64,000 nt of DNA from a virus: the IMG/VR virus record IMGVR_UViG_3300042446_001683, one strand, 5' to 3'. Numbering within the stretch: position 1 is the stretch's first letter; each line of letters opens with the position of its first letter. The notes beneath the pieces are model-generated. The model searched no databases. It saw only the letters and a program-made list of their open reading frames with translations, and was not told the origin of the DNA. A program made the position numbers and the translations under genes. This document shows positions 38,976-48,466 of this stretch, piece by piece.

Positions 38976-39782
38976 ATGAAAATAAAAGTCTCACATGAAG
39001 TACCATTAGCAGTACTAAACGTCTCACAAACATTCAATGATTACGATTATTGTTTGCCTCACTTACTAGATAGTGAGTATGAATATTTTAAGTATTTTGA
39101 CCAAGCAAAGAAAGATGGTCGTTACATTATCATGGATAATAGTTTACATGAACTAGGACATGCTTATGATACTGAACGTCTATTACATTGGGTTAATTAC
39201 TTTGAACCAAATGAATTTATTGTACCTGATGTATGGCAAGATATGCAAGCATCTATTGATAATGCTGCAGAATGGGCTAAAATTAAGTTACCTTACTATA
39301 CTACTAAAGTAGCGGTTGTTCAAGCAACTAATATTGAAGAAGCAGCTGAATGTTATTTAAAATATAAATCATTAGGTTATAAGAAAATAGCATTTTCATA
39401 TGGTGCCGGGTATTATAAAGAGCATTTTACTCATATATTACCAGCAATTTCTACTGCAATGGGTCGAGTAAATGTTATAGGTAAGTTGTATAATAGCGAT
39501 GTTATTCAATCTACTGATAGAGTTCACTTACTTGGATGTGCTGCTCCTCAAGAGTTTTTATTCCACCAGAATTACCCATTCATTGAAAGTATAGATACTT
39601 CAAATCCAATTATGGCTGCGATGGAAGATAAAATGTATAAAGAACATGGTTTGGATGAGAAACCAATTACTAAAATTGACCATGTTATGAATCGTGCCTC
39701 TGAAGATATTAACTGGTATGCTTTACATTACAATGTAAATAAATTTAGAAAAATTAACCGTTTAGATAAAATTATAAAATAA
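38976..39782 (+). CDS. TGT/DpdA-like TIM-barrel protein, putative 7-deazaguanine DNA transglycosylase
   Basis: IMDNSLHELG, VPDV, AVVQ, VHLLG, SIDTSNP parallel the DSG / PD / H.LG / S.DS motifs of DpdA-type enzymes; heads the que cluster. Confidence 0.65.
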   Translation: MKIKVSHEVPLAVLNVSQTFNDYDYCLPHLLDSEYEYFKYFDQAKKDGRYIIMDNSLHELGHAYDTERLLHWVNYFEPNEFIVPDVWQDMQASIDNAAEWAKIKLPYYTTKVAVVQATNIEEAAECYLKYKSLGYKKIAFSYGAGYYKEHFTHILPAISTAMGRVNVIGKLYNSDVIQSTDRVHLLGCAAPQEFLFHQNYPFIESIDTSNPIMAAMEDKMYKEHGLDEKPITKIDHVMNRASEDINWYALHYNVNKFRKINRLDKIIK

Positions 39783-39787
39783 GAGTT

Positions 39788-39940
39788 ATGGAAGATGTAT
39801 GGCATGGGTTAGTAGCCCCTACACAAGGAAATTTGTATGAACAAGAATGGAATGATGCTATAAAAAAGCTAAAGAAAGGTCGTCTTAGCTTGTCAAACGA
39901 GGATACAGATATTATATTACAAATAGCAAATAAATTATGA
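39788..39940 (+). CDS. Small hypothetical protein (50 aa, not in ORF track)
   Basis: MEDVWHGLVAPTQGNLYEQEW...IANKL*; GTTATG start; ATGA overlap with queC. Confidence 0.55.
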   Translation: MEDVWHGLVAPTQGNLYEQEWNDAIKKLKKGRLSLSNEDTDIILQIANKL

Positions 39941-40785
39941 AGAAACAAGCAGTATTATCATTAAGTGGAGGAATGGATAGTTCTACACTATTGCTTCATC
40001 TCCTCGCCAATGGCTATGAAGTTACAGCATTATCATTTGATTATGGACAAAAACATAATATAGAATTAGAGCGCGCTAAAGATTTAGTTAAATACATTAA
40101 TGGATATTGTATTTTAGATGAAGAGTCTAAAACAGCAGAATACCCATATTATATAAAACATCAAATAATCAAACTAGATGGCCTATCTGAACTATTAAAC
40201 TCAGCATTAGTAACTGGAGGTGAAGAAGTACCTGAAGGACACTATGCTGAAGAGAATATGAAAGCAACAGTAGTTCCTAATCGTAATAAGATTTTTAGTT
40301 CTATTATTCAAGCAGTTGCATTATCAATTGCTGAACAAAAAGATACTGAATGCGCTATTGCAATGGGAATACATGCAGGTGATCATGCTATTTATCCTGA
40401 TTGTCGTCAAGAATTTAGAGATGCTGATTTTGAAGCATTTAAGATGGGTAATTGGGGTGCTGAAAAAGTATATCATTATACACCTTATTTACATACTGAT
40501 AAGTTTGGTATTTTACAAGATGGTAATTCATGTGTTGAATGCTTAGGCTTAGACTTTAATGAAGTATACAAACGTACAAACACATCATACAAACCAATTT
40601 ATTACTTTTTCAGCTGTTACAGTGATTACAAATCAGCATCATCAGTAGAACGAGTTGAAGCATTTATGAAACTTGGAAAACCAGACCCAGTTGAATATGC
40701 TGATGAGACAGGTCCTGTAAGTTGGGAAACAGTAGTAGAACATGTAGAAACAATTTTAAATAATCACAATAATGCCAACATCTAA
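39937..40785 (+). CDS. queC: 7-cyano-7-deazaguanine synthase
   Basis: LSGGMDSST, FDYGQKH, TVVPNRN, HAGDHAIYPDCRQEF. Confidence 0.93.
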   Translation: MKKQAVLSLSGGMDSSTLLLHLLANGYEVTALSFDYGQKHNIELERAKDLVKYINGYCILDEESKTAEYPYYIKHQIIKLDGLSELLNSALVTGGEEVPEGHYAEENMKATVVPNRNKIFSSIIQAVALSIAEQKDTECAIAMGIHAGDHAIYPDCRQEFRDADFEAFKMGNWGAEKVYHYTPYLHTDKFGILQDGNSCVECLGLDFNEVYKRTNTSYKPIYYFFSCYSDYKSASSVERVEAFMKLGKPDPVEYADETGPVSWETVVEHVETILNNHNNANI

Positions 40786-40936
40786 AAAACGAGGTGGGAA
40801 GAAAGCCCATAACAAGCGAGTTACAAAACGTAATGAAACAACCGCTAAAAATAGATTAATCATGGAACGTAAGTTTATGGCTATGTTAAAAGAGCAAATC
40901 CAACGACAAAACCCAGAAACAGAAGATAATGCTTAA
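40772..40936 (+). CDS. Small basic protein (54 aa, not in ORF track)
   Basis: MPTSKKRGGKKAHNKRVTKRN...EDNA*; fills the gap in the operon. Confidence 0.55.
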   Translation: MPTSKKRGGKKAHNKRVTKRNETTAKNRLIMERKFMAMLKEQIQRQNPETEDNA

Positions 40937-40940
40937 ATCT

Positions 40941-41096
40941 ATGAAATACCCAGATCCTAAAAAACATCAACAAATTAGTTTCGCTAAATCATTTTTACGA
41001 TTAGCAGGATATGTATTATTATTTATTAACTTACCTATAGCTGCTAGTGTATTAATAGCTAGTGAAATATTAGGTATAATCGAAGAATTAGTATGA
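40941..41096 (+). CDS. Small membrane protein (51 aa, not in ORF track)
   Basis: MKYPDPKKHQQISFAKSFLRLAGYVLLFINLPIAASVLIASEILGIIEELV*; ATGA overlap with thioredoxin. Confidence 0.65.
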   Translation: MKYPDPKKHQQISFAKSFLRLAGYVLLFINLPIAASVLIASEILGIIEELV

Positions 41097-41344
41097 AAGA
41101 ATTATTTTACTACACAGCAAATTGGTGTAATCCATGCCAAACCTTAGGCCCAATTATGGATGAAATTGCAAGACAAATCCCAGTCCGTAAACAAAATATT
41201 GATTACACTGATCCATCATTATTAGAGGCTGCTAATGTACGAAATGTACCTACAGTTATCCTAGTAGAAAATGGACAAGAACTAAAACGTTTTACAGGAG
41301 TAAAATCACACTCACAAATTATAACTTGGTTAAATGAAGGATAA
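41093..41344 (+). CDS. Thioredoxin
   Basis: WCNPC, VRNVPT, RFTG. Confidence 0.88.
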   Translation: MKELFYYTANWCNPCQTLGPIMDEIARQIPVRKQNIDYTDPSLLEAANVRNVPTVILVENGQELKRFTGVKSHSQIITWLNEG

Positions 41345-41345
41345 T

Positions 41346-41816
41346 ATGAAAACAAAATTCCAATCAACAAAAATATTTGATGGGTTTAGTACTGTATTTC
41401 GTCAATGGAGAGCAGATGGAACACACTGTCAATTTCTACATGGTTATGGTATTTCATTTAAAATTACATTTGAAGGTGAATTAGATGAGAGAAATTGGGT
41501 ATGGGACTTTGGTGGTATGAAAAGAGCTAAAGGTACTATTGATGGTATGAATCCTAAAGCATGGATGGATCATATGTTTGATCATACTGTAATTATGGCT
41601 GAAGATGACCCTTATTTAGAATTATTTGAAGACATGGATAAAAATAAACTTATCCAATTAAGAGTAATACCAGCTACAGGAGCAGAACAGTTTGCTAAAT
41701 ACATTTACGATAAAGTAAATAAATTTGTATTAGAAGAAACAAATAATAGAGTACGTGTTGTTCAAGTAGAATTCAAAGAGCATAATAAAAACTCAGCTAT
41801 CTATGGAGAAATATAA
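41346..41816 (+). CDS. queD: 6-carboxy-5,6,7,8-tetrahydropterin synthase
   Basis: HCQFLHGY, WVWDFG, FDH, AEQFA, V.FKE; ATG 41346 preferred. Confidence 0.88.
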   Translation: MKTKFQSTKIFDGFSTVFRQWRADGTHCQFLHGYGISFKITFEGELDERNWVWDFGGMKRAKGTIDGMNPKAWMDHMFDHTVIMAEDDPYLELFEDMDKNKLIQLRVIPATGAEQFAKYIYDKVNKFVLEETNNRVRVVQVEFKEHNKNSAIYGEI

Positions 41817-41817
41817 T

Positions 41818-42324
41818 ATGGAAACTCCGTATTTAATAAAACAACCTATTTTTAAAGATAATAGAGGATTATTTACCCCAATTGAATTAAATGATAATTG
41901 GACTCAATCTAATGTTATTGTTAATAATAGTATTTATACTTTTAGAGGAATGCATCTACAATCTTCTCCTAAACAACAAAGTAAATTATTATTTGTAATC
42001 CAAGGTAGGATAGTAGATATAATTATTGACCTTAGAAAAGATAGTGAGACTTATAAAAAAGTAGATTCATTTGTTCTAGAAGAAGGAGATGGATTATATG
42101 TTCCTAAAGGATATGCTCATGGGTTTTTAACTTTAACTCCTAATTCTATAGTTAATTATTTAGTAGATGAAGAATACTCACCTAAAAATGAAATAAATAT
42201 ATTATGGTCCTCAATACCAGAAGTTAAGTCTATTATAGATAGATTTTGCTTCAATAATATAGATAATGATGTTGTTTTTAGTGATAAAGATAAACAAGGA
42301 ATCAATTTAAACGAAATATTATGA
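41818..42324 (+). CDS. rfbC: dTDP-4-dehydrorhamnose 3,5-epimerase-like cupin
   Basis: FKDNRGLF, RGMHLQ, Q.KL, DLRKDS, VPKGYAHGF. Confidence 0.82.
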   Translation: METPYLIKQPIFKDNRGLFTPIELNDNWTQSNVIVNNSIYTFRGMHLQSSPKQQSKLLFVIQGRIVDIIIDLRKDSETYKKVDSFVLEEGDGLYVPKGYAHGFLTLTPNSIVNYLVDEEYSPKNEINILWSSIPEVKSIIDRFCFNNIDNDVVFSDKDKQGINLNEIL

Positions 42325-43103
42325 AACCAGGAAGAATAGAAGATTATAATAAAAAATTACCTATTGTAGAGTTATACACAGCTGTACAATCTGAAGGTAG
42401 TAGAGCTGGGATGCCTACAGTAGTTATTAGAACTACAGGATGTACTCACAGATGTTGGTTTGGAGATGGTGGATGGTGTGATAGTTGGTATACAAGTATT
42501 CATCCTGAAAAAGGAAAATATACGTTTAACGATATTATTGCTATTTATGACAATAACCCATTCATTAGAGAAATGATGCTAACAGGTGGTTCACCTACAA
42601 TGCATCCTGACTTAGTAAATGAATTAACCCATTTAGCAGAAAAACGTGGCCTATTTATCACAATTGAAACAGAAGGTTCTCATTTCATTGAAACTGACTA
42701 CCCTATTGGTCTTATATCTCTTAGTCCTAAGTTTAGTAACAGCGTTCCTGCAATTGGGACTATTACTCCGCAAGGTAAAGTTGCTGACCAAAAAATGGTG
42801 GACCAACATAACAAATTTCGTCTCGATAAAGAAGCGATAAAAAAGACATTAGAATACCATCATGACTATCATTTCAAACCTGTTTGTAATCCTATTGAAA
42901 TGTCTGAAGCATGGACTGAGATTGAAGCGTTTAGAGTTGAAATGGATATTCCAAAACGTAAGACTTGGTTAATGCCTCCTGGTGATACAAGAGATGAATT
43001 AATTCGAGTATATCCTATGGTGATGGACTTTTGTAGAGATAATGGTTATAATTTTACAGGTAGAGAACATATTATAGCATTTGACACTAAAAGAGAAGTA
43101 TAA
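42321..43103 (+). CDS. queE: 7-carboxy-7-deazaguanine synthase (radical SAM)
   Basis: VQSEGSRAGMP, RTTGCTHRC...WCDS, LTGGSP, IETEGS, SPK. Confidence 0.88.
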   Translation: MKPGRIEDYNKKLPIVELYTAVQSEGSRAGMPTVVIRTTGCTHRCWFGDGGWCDSWYTSIHPEKGKYTFNDIIAIYDNNPFIREMMLTGGSPTMHPDLVNELTHLAEKRGLFITIETEGSHFIETDYPIGLISLSPKFSNSVPAIGTITPQGKVADQKMVDQHNKFRLDKEAIKKTLEYHHDYHFKPVCNPIEMSEAWTEIEAFRVEMDIPKRKTWLMPPGDTRDELIRVYPMVMDFCRDNGYNFTGREHIIAFDTKREV

Positions 43104-43378
43104 TGGATAAAAAATTATTAACTGAAGCATTAAAAACAAAAAATACTGTTACATTCTTCTACGCTGATTGGTGTGGAGGATGTAAAGTAGCTAATCCTAT
43201 GGTTCAAGAAATCGCTGAAAAACTTGGATTTGAAATTATTAATATTAATGAAAATGAGGAATTAGAAACAGCGTTTGCTATAGATTATTACCCTCACGTA
43301 ATATTATCCAACAAAGGAAAAATTAAACATTACCCAGGGTTACATTCAATAAAAGAGTTACATGAAAGTATTATTTGA
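43103..43378 (+). CDS. Thioredoxin-like protein
   Basis: FYADWCGGCK, YYP. Confidence 0.8.
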   Translation: MDKKLLTEALKTKNTVTFFYADWCGGCKVANPMVQEIAEKLGFEIININENEELETAFAIDYYPHVILSNKGKIKHYPGLHSIKELHESII

Positions 43379-43871
43379 AAATGAAGTCATCGAGGCAAGA
43401 ATTGATTTCTTAGCTACACAAATTTTAAATCGCCATAAATCAGAAAAAATTCCTATTGTTTTAGTATGTGTACTAAATGGTGGATTTGTTTTCTATTCTA
43501 AACTAGCTGAAAAATTATCTTCACTAGACCCAGAATGTGATTTTGTAAAAGTAAGGTCATATGAAGGTAGAGAACGAGGCGATTTAAATATGATACTAGA
43601 CAAATCAGTAGATGTCACTAATAAACATGTTTATATTGTAGATGACATCTACGACTCAGGAATAACAATGAATGCATTAGCAAATCATTTTTATCAATTT
43701 GACCCAGCAAGCGTCCAAATAGTTACTCTGATTAAGCGTTACATCAATGAAGTAAATATACCTGTAGGTTCACTTTATGGATTTGAAATTACAGATGAAT
43801 GGGTTGTTGGATTTGGAATGGATGATGATTTAGGTAAAAAGAGAAGTTTGCCATATATTTTGGCTATCTAG
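43362..43871 (+). CDS. Purine phosphoribosyltransferase (HPRT-like)
   Basis: VLNGG, RSY, IVDDIYDSGIT PRPP-binding motif, WVVGFGMD, RSLP. Confidence 0.88.
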   Translation: MKVLFENEVIEARIDFLATQILNRHKSEKIPIVLVCVLNGGFVFYSKLAEKLSSLDPECDFVKVRSYEGRERGDLNMILDKSVDVTNKHVYIVDDIYDSGITMNALANHFYQFDPASVQIVTLIKRYINEVNIPVGSLYGFEITDEWVVGFGMDDDLGKKRSLPYILAI

Positions 43872-43888
43872 AAATAAATTAATATATT
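43860..43888 (+). promoter_or_regulatory. TTGGCT-N17-TATATT promoter
   Basis: Upstream of folE. Confidence 0.65.
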
Positions 43889-43895
43889 AGGTTAT

Positions 43896-44591
43896 ATGGA
43901 AAATAATAGAAGAAAATTTCACAACGATATTGAGTGTGTGAAGACAGGTTTAGCAAATGGTGCTGCCGCAGATCGTCCATTAACGGATGATGAAAAACAA
44001 TCAATGATTGAAGAAGCCACAGTACATTTTGGTAATTTCTTATCAGCATTAAAATGTGACTGGCAAAATGATCCTAACTCAGCAGATACACCTCGCCGTG
44101 TAGCTAAAGCATATGTTAATGATTTATGGGCTGGTCGTTATAATGGATTTACTGACATTACTTCATTCCCATCAGATGGTTATGATGGAGTAATTATTGA
44201 ACGTAATATCAATTTAACTTCAATGTGTTCACATCATCACCAAACAATTAGAGGTGTAGTTCATATTGGTTATATTGCAGGTGCTGAAGGTCGAGTAATC
44301 GGTTTATCAAAACTAAATCGCATTGTAGAACATTTTGGTCGTAGAGGAGCTATCCAAGAACAATTAACAGCAGCTATTCATCAAGCAGTAAATAAAGTTT
44401 GTGAAGAGAACTTAGGTGTTATTGTAACTGTAGTTGCTACTCACAATTGTGTTAGTTGTAGAGGTATTAAACATCAAGGTGCAGCAATGGTCACTACTAA
44501 AGCATCAGGTGTGTTTATGGAAAACGATAATTTAGCACGTAAAGAATTTTTTGATTCACTTAAAATAAATAATGGTCATGTCTCAATCTAA
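43896..44591 (+). CDS. folE: GTP cyclohydrolase I
   Basis: DTPRRVAK, SMCSHH, GLSKLNR, IQEQLT, HNCVSCRG. Confidence 0.95.
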   Translation: MENNRRKFHNDIECVKTGLANGAAADRPLTDDEKQSMIEEATVHFGNFLSALKCDWQNDPNSADTPRRVAKAYVNDLWAGRYNGFTDITSFPSDGYDGVIIERNINLTSMCSHHHQTIRGVVHIGYIAGAEGRVIGLSKLNRIVEHFGRRGAIQEQLTAAIHQAVNKVCEENLGVIVTVVATHNCVSCRGIKHQGAAMVTTKASGVFMENDNLARKEFFDSLKINNGHVSI

Positions 44592-45066
44592 AGAAAATTA
44601 TGTTCCATTTGTTAGCGAGGTAGAGGAATTTAACGCTACAATGGGTAAACCAAATAATTATGAACCTACTATTCCACCTAAAGATGAGTGGATGTTTGTT
44701 TATAATTTTATTCTAGAGGAACTAGAAGAATATAAAGACGCTTGTGAAACAGGAAATGTTGTAGAAGTATTAGATGCACTTTGTGATATTACTTATGTGT
44801 CACTAGGTAATGGAGCTATGCTTCATGGTCTAAAAGATCAAATTTTACCTGCATATGCTGAGGTTCAAGCTTCAAATATGAGTAAAGTTTGTAAAACAGA
44901 AGAGGAAGCTAACTTTACAGTTCGTGTTCGAGAACAAGAACAAGGTGAAAAATGCCACTATGAAAAACAAGGTGATTATTATATAGTGTATCGTTCTCGA
45001 GACCGTAAAGTAATGAAGTCAATAAACTATTTTAGACCGAATCTTAAACAGTTTTTAGATAAATAA
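44572..45066 (+). CDS. MazG-like all-alpha NTP pyrophosphohydrolase
   Basis: ILEELEEY...EVLDALCDITYV, EVQASNMSK, KVMKS. Confidence 0.82.
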   Translation: MVMSQSKENYVPFVSEVEEFNATMGKPNNYEPTIPPKDEWMFVYNFILEELEEYKDACETGNVVEVLDALCDITYVSLGNGAMLHGLKDQILPAYAEVQASNMSKVCKTEEEANFTVRVREQEQGEKCHYEKQGDYYIVYRSRDRKVMKSINYFRPNLKQFLDK

Positions 45067-47649
45067 ATGTATCAAGCAATATACTACGACTTTCAAACCT
45101 ACACCTACCATTTACGAGACGATAAGCAAGGCTGGATGGATTTCCAATTCCAGCCTACTTACTGGAAAAGAGTAAATGAATGGCAAGATGGAGCTAAACC
45201 TGTATTAACAGGTGGATGGGCTATACCTACTAAAAAATTAGACAAAAACGATCCTGATTTATTAGAAAAAGATATTGATAAGTCATTGTATGTGTTACGA
45301 GAATTATATTACAAATTTGATGATGTAGTTCCTTCTTGGCATAACATAGTTTATATAGATATCGAGATTGAAATGGGAGGTGCATTAACACCTGAGTATA
45401 TTAGGTCCGCTCCTATGCCTTTAACATCTATAGCTTTAATAGACATGACTACTAAACAGAAGATATGTTTTATTGTTGATAAGTCAAAACAAATACCTGA
45501 AACGAATCAGGATGGTAAAATAATTATACCTTGTGGTTCAGAACGAGAGTTAATAGGTAAGTTTTTATCCAAGTATGAAGAGTTAGATCCCACCATATTA
45601 GTCGGCTATAACTCGGCATACTTCGACTTACCATACTTATACTACCGAATGTCACAAGTTGTAGGTGCAGACGAGGTAAGCCGTTTATCTCCGATAGGTA
45701 GAGTTGAAGCACGTGATTTTAATGGTGAAAACCAAGTTAAAATTGGAGGTGTGAATCATTTAGACTATATGTTACTTCATAAGAAGTACATTATGAAAGA
45801 GGAACCATCATATAAATTAGGTGACATTGGAACCAAATATGTTGGGTTAGGTAAAATTGAATATGAAGGCAATTTGAATACATTGTTTAAAAATGATTTA
45901 AATACTTTTATTGATTATAACTTACGAGACGTTGAGATTCTAGAAAAACTAGAAGATAAATTAAAGTTTATTGAATTAACAGTTATGATCTCTCATATCT
46001 GTAATATACCTTATGAGTCAGTCTATTATAACACTGTAATGAATGAAGGTGCTATATTAAAGCATTTGAGACGTGAAGGTATTATTTCACCTAATAAACC
46101 AACAACTCATAATCTGTCTCGTAAAGTAGCCAACTCAACATATGCTGGTGGTTACTTATTAGAACCAATACCAGGTCTATACTTTGATGTAATTGACTTA
46201 GACTTTACTTCACTATATCCTTCAATCATTAAATCACTTAATTTAGGAATTGAAACATTAGTAGGTAGAATTGTTACTTTAAATCCTACCTATGAACAAA
46301 ATCATAGTTTAGAAAAACTTAAAGAACGAGATCCTAATGAAGTAGTAACAGTTGAAAAACTAAATAAAAAGAACTACACATTACAAGCAGCTCAAATATC
46401 AATTGGTAAGTTAATTAAACTAATTGAAGATAATGAGTTCACACTATCAGCTTCAGGCGCTATGTTTAGAACTGATGAACAAAGTGTAGTTGCTAAAATT
46501 TTAGAAGGCTGGTTTGATAAACGAGAACATTATAGAGGTTTAAAGAAAACAGCGGGTAAATCTGAAGACTGGGTTAACTATAAATTATATGATTTGTTTC
46601 AACACTCATTTAAGATCTTACAAAACGCTATGTATGGTACATTTGCTAAGAATGGATGGAGATATACAGATGGACATTTAATTTGTAGTGCTGCTATTAC
46701 TAACAGTGGTCAAAGATTAACTCAAGAAAGTATTATATTTGCTAATGATAAACTAAACACTGAATTAAAATCAGATAAACAATTTATTTGTATTAGTGAT
46801 ACTGACTCTATGTATATTGAATTAGGTGATTTATTAAAACATAGATACCCTGACTCAACACCTGACCAGAAAGATGAATTAATATTAAAAATGGCTACTG
46901 AAATTCAAGATGAGTCAAATTACTACTTGAATGAATTATGTAAGAAAGTATTTAATATTAATCCTAAAAAACATTATTTTCAATTAAAACAAGAGGTAAT
47001 TGCTAAAGGTATCTTAGTTACAGGTAAGAGAAGATATGCAATGTATATTACTAACAAGGAAGGTGTTGCTGTTGAAGAGTTAGACATGAAAGGACTTGAA
47101 TTAATGAAGTCTAACATGAATAAACGATTTAAAGGATTTGGTGAACAATTTATTAAAGATATTTTATTTGGTAAAGCCAAAACAGAAATAGACCAGACAA
47201 TAATTGACTTCTATAAATTAGTTAAGACACTAGATCCTCGAGAATTAGGTAAACCAACAGGTGTAAAACAAATAGCATCATATAGGAACGCTCCTAGAGC
47301 AGGTGAAATGTTTAGTACATTCAGATTAAAAGCACCTAGTAATACTAAGGCAGCTGTTCGTTATAATGACTTATTAAAGTTTAAACGTTTAGATAAACAA
47401 TACGAATCAGTAGTAGAAGGTGATAAAATATTCATTATTAACTTAAAAGCTAATCCTTATAAGTTAGATACAATAGGATTACCAAATGCTAAAGTACCTG
47501 ATGAGATTGAAAAGTTTGTTAAGACATATATTGATGTAGATGAAATTTTTGAATCACTACTATTAAACAAATTAAAGGAACTTTACAAGGACTTAAAATG
47601 GGATTTTCCACCTTTGAATGCAAATGTTAATAAATTCTTTGCCTTCTAA
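45067..47649 (+). CDS. DNA polymerase family B with 3'-5' exonuclease
   Basis: DIEIE, GYNSAYFD, YNLRDV, DFTSLYPS, KILQNAMYG, SDTDS, KRRY, KGLE. Confidence 0.95.
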   Translation: MYQAIYYDFQTYTYHLRDDKQGWMDFQFQPTYWKRVNEWQDGAKPVLTGGWAIPTKKLDKNDPDLLEKDIDKSLYVLRELYYKFDDVVPSWHNIVYIDIEIEMGGALTPEYIRSAPMPLTSIALIDMTTKQKICFIVDKSKQIPETNQDGKIIIPCGSERELIGKFLSKYEELDPTILVGYNSAYFDLPYLYYRMSQVVGADEVSRLSPIGRVEARDFNGENQVKIGGVNHLDYMLLHKKYIMKEEPSYKLGDIGTKYVGLGKIEYEGNLNTLFKNDLNTFIDYNLRDVEILEKLEDKLKFIELTVMISHICNIPYESVYYNTVMNEGAILKHLRREGIISPNKPTTHNLSRKVANSTYAGGYLLEPIPGLYFDVIDLDFTSLYPSIIKSLNLGIETLVGRIVTLNPTYEQNHSLEKLKERDPNEVVTVEKLNKKNYTLQAAQISIGKLIKLIEDNEFTLSASGAMFRTDEQSVVAKILEGWFDKREHYRGLKKTAGKSEDWVNYKLYDLFQHSFKILQNAMYGTFAKNGWRYTDGHLICSAAITNSGQRLTQESIIFANDKLNTELKSDKQFICISDTDSMYIELGDLLKHRYPDSTPDQKDELILKMATEIQDESNYYLNELCKKVFNINPKKHYFQLKQEVIAKGILVTGKRRYAMYITNKEGVAVEELDMKGLELMKSNMNKRFKGFGEQFIKDILFGKAKTEIDQTIIDFYKLVKTLDPRELGKPTGVKQIASYRNAPRAGEMFSTFRLKAPSNTKAAVRYNDLLKFKRLDKQYESVVEGDKIFIINLKANPYKLDTIGLPNAKVPDEIEKFVKTYIDVDEIFESLLLNKLKELYKDLKWDFPPLNANVNKFFAF

Positions 47650-47666
47650 AAAATCTTTATTATATT
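47638..47666 (+). promoter_or_regulatory. Variant promoter TTTGCC-N17-TATATT
   Basis: One mismatch to the recurrent motif; upstream of clamp gene. Confidence 0.5.
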
Positions 47667-47672
47667 ACAAAT

Positions 47673-48398
47673 ATGATATCAAAATTACAACTACAAGCAA
47701 TTATTGAAAAGTACCATTTAAATGGTCAAATTGAAAATGTTAAATGGGAAATAGACGCTGATGGAAAGCTAACTATTAACTTTACAGCTCCTACTCGTGA
47801 GATGTTAGGAACAGTAACTTATAATGGTTTTCCATTACCTGAATCTGAAATTGGAATTAATAACACTACACAACTAGATAAATTATTATCTATTACAGGT
47901 GGTGATTTAGATCTTGGTTATGCTAAAGAAGGTAGAATAATATCTAAATTATTAATAGCAGATAATCAGTTCAATCTAGATTATGCCTTAGCTGACTTAT
48001 TAACCATTCCTAAAACAGGTAAATATAATGGTTCTGAGGATCATGAGATTCAAGTACCAATTGATGATGAAGTAATAACCGCGTTAGTTAAAGCTAAAAA
48101 CGCGTTAACAAATAGTGATAATGTTGTTGTTAAGTTAGGTTTAAACGGTTTAGAGTTCACTTTCGGAGGCGATGTTGAATATGCTAATAAAGTTACTTAT
48201 TCCATTCAAAATCCAACAATAAATGTACCTTCAACATTTAATTTAGTATATGGTTCTGATCTGTTAAAGGAAATATTAGTTGCTAATAAAGGTTCTGAGT
48301 CTGGTATTTTGTATATAAATTCAAATGGTTTAATGAAACTAACATTCTCTCACAAAGAATTACAAAGTACTTACTATATTGTTGCAAAAGAACAATAA
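47673..48398 (+). CDS. DNA sliding clamp, gp45/PCNA-like
   Basis: 241 aa, two-domain beta-rich pattern, after PolB; ends GLMKLTF...STYYIVA. Confidence 0.65.
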   Translation: MISKLQLQAIIEKYHLNGQIENVKWEIDADGKLTINFTAPTREMLGTVTYNGFPLPESEIGINNTTQLDKLLSITGGDLDLGYAKEGRIISKLLIADNQFNLDYALADLLTIPKTGKYNGSEDHEIQVPIDDEVITALVKAKNALTNSDNVVVKLGLNGLEFTFGGDVEYANKVTYSIQNPTINVPSTFNLVYGSDLLKEILVANKGSESGILYINSNGLMKLTFSHKELQSTYYIVAKEQ

Positions 48399-48404
48399 TT
48401 CAAC

Positions 48405-48449
48405 ATATTTATAATAAAGCTTGGCTACCCAAGCAAAAAATGTTATATT
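48405..48449 (+). promoter_or_regulatory. Tandem ATATTTATA (48405-48413) and TTGGCT-N17-TATATT (48421-48449) promoters
   Basis: Both motifs plus hairpin GCTTGG-CTAC-CCAAGC upstream of the groES-groEL unit. Confidence 0.65.
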
Positions 48450-48466
48450 ACAATAAAATAAAAGTT

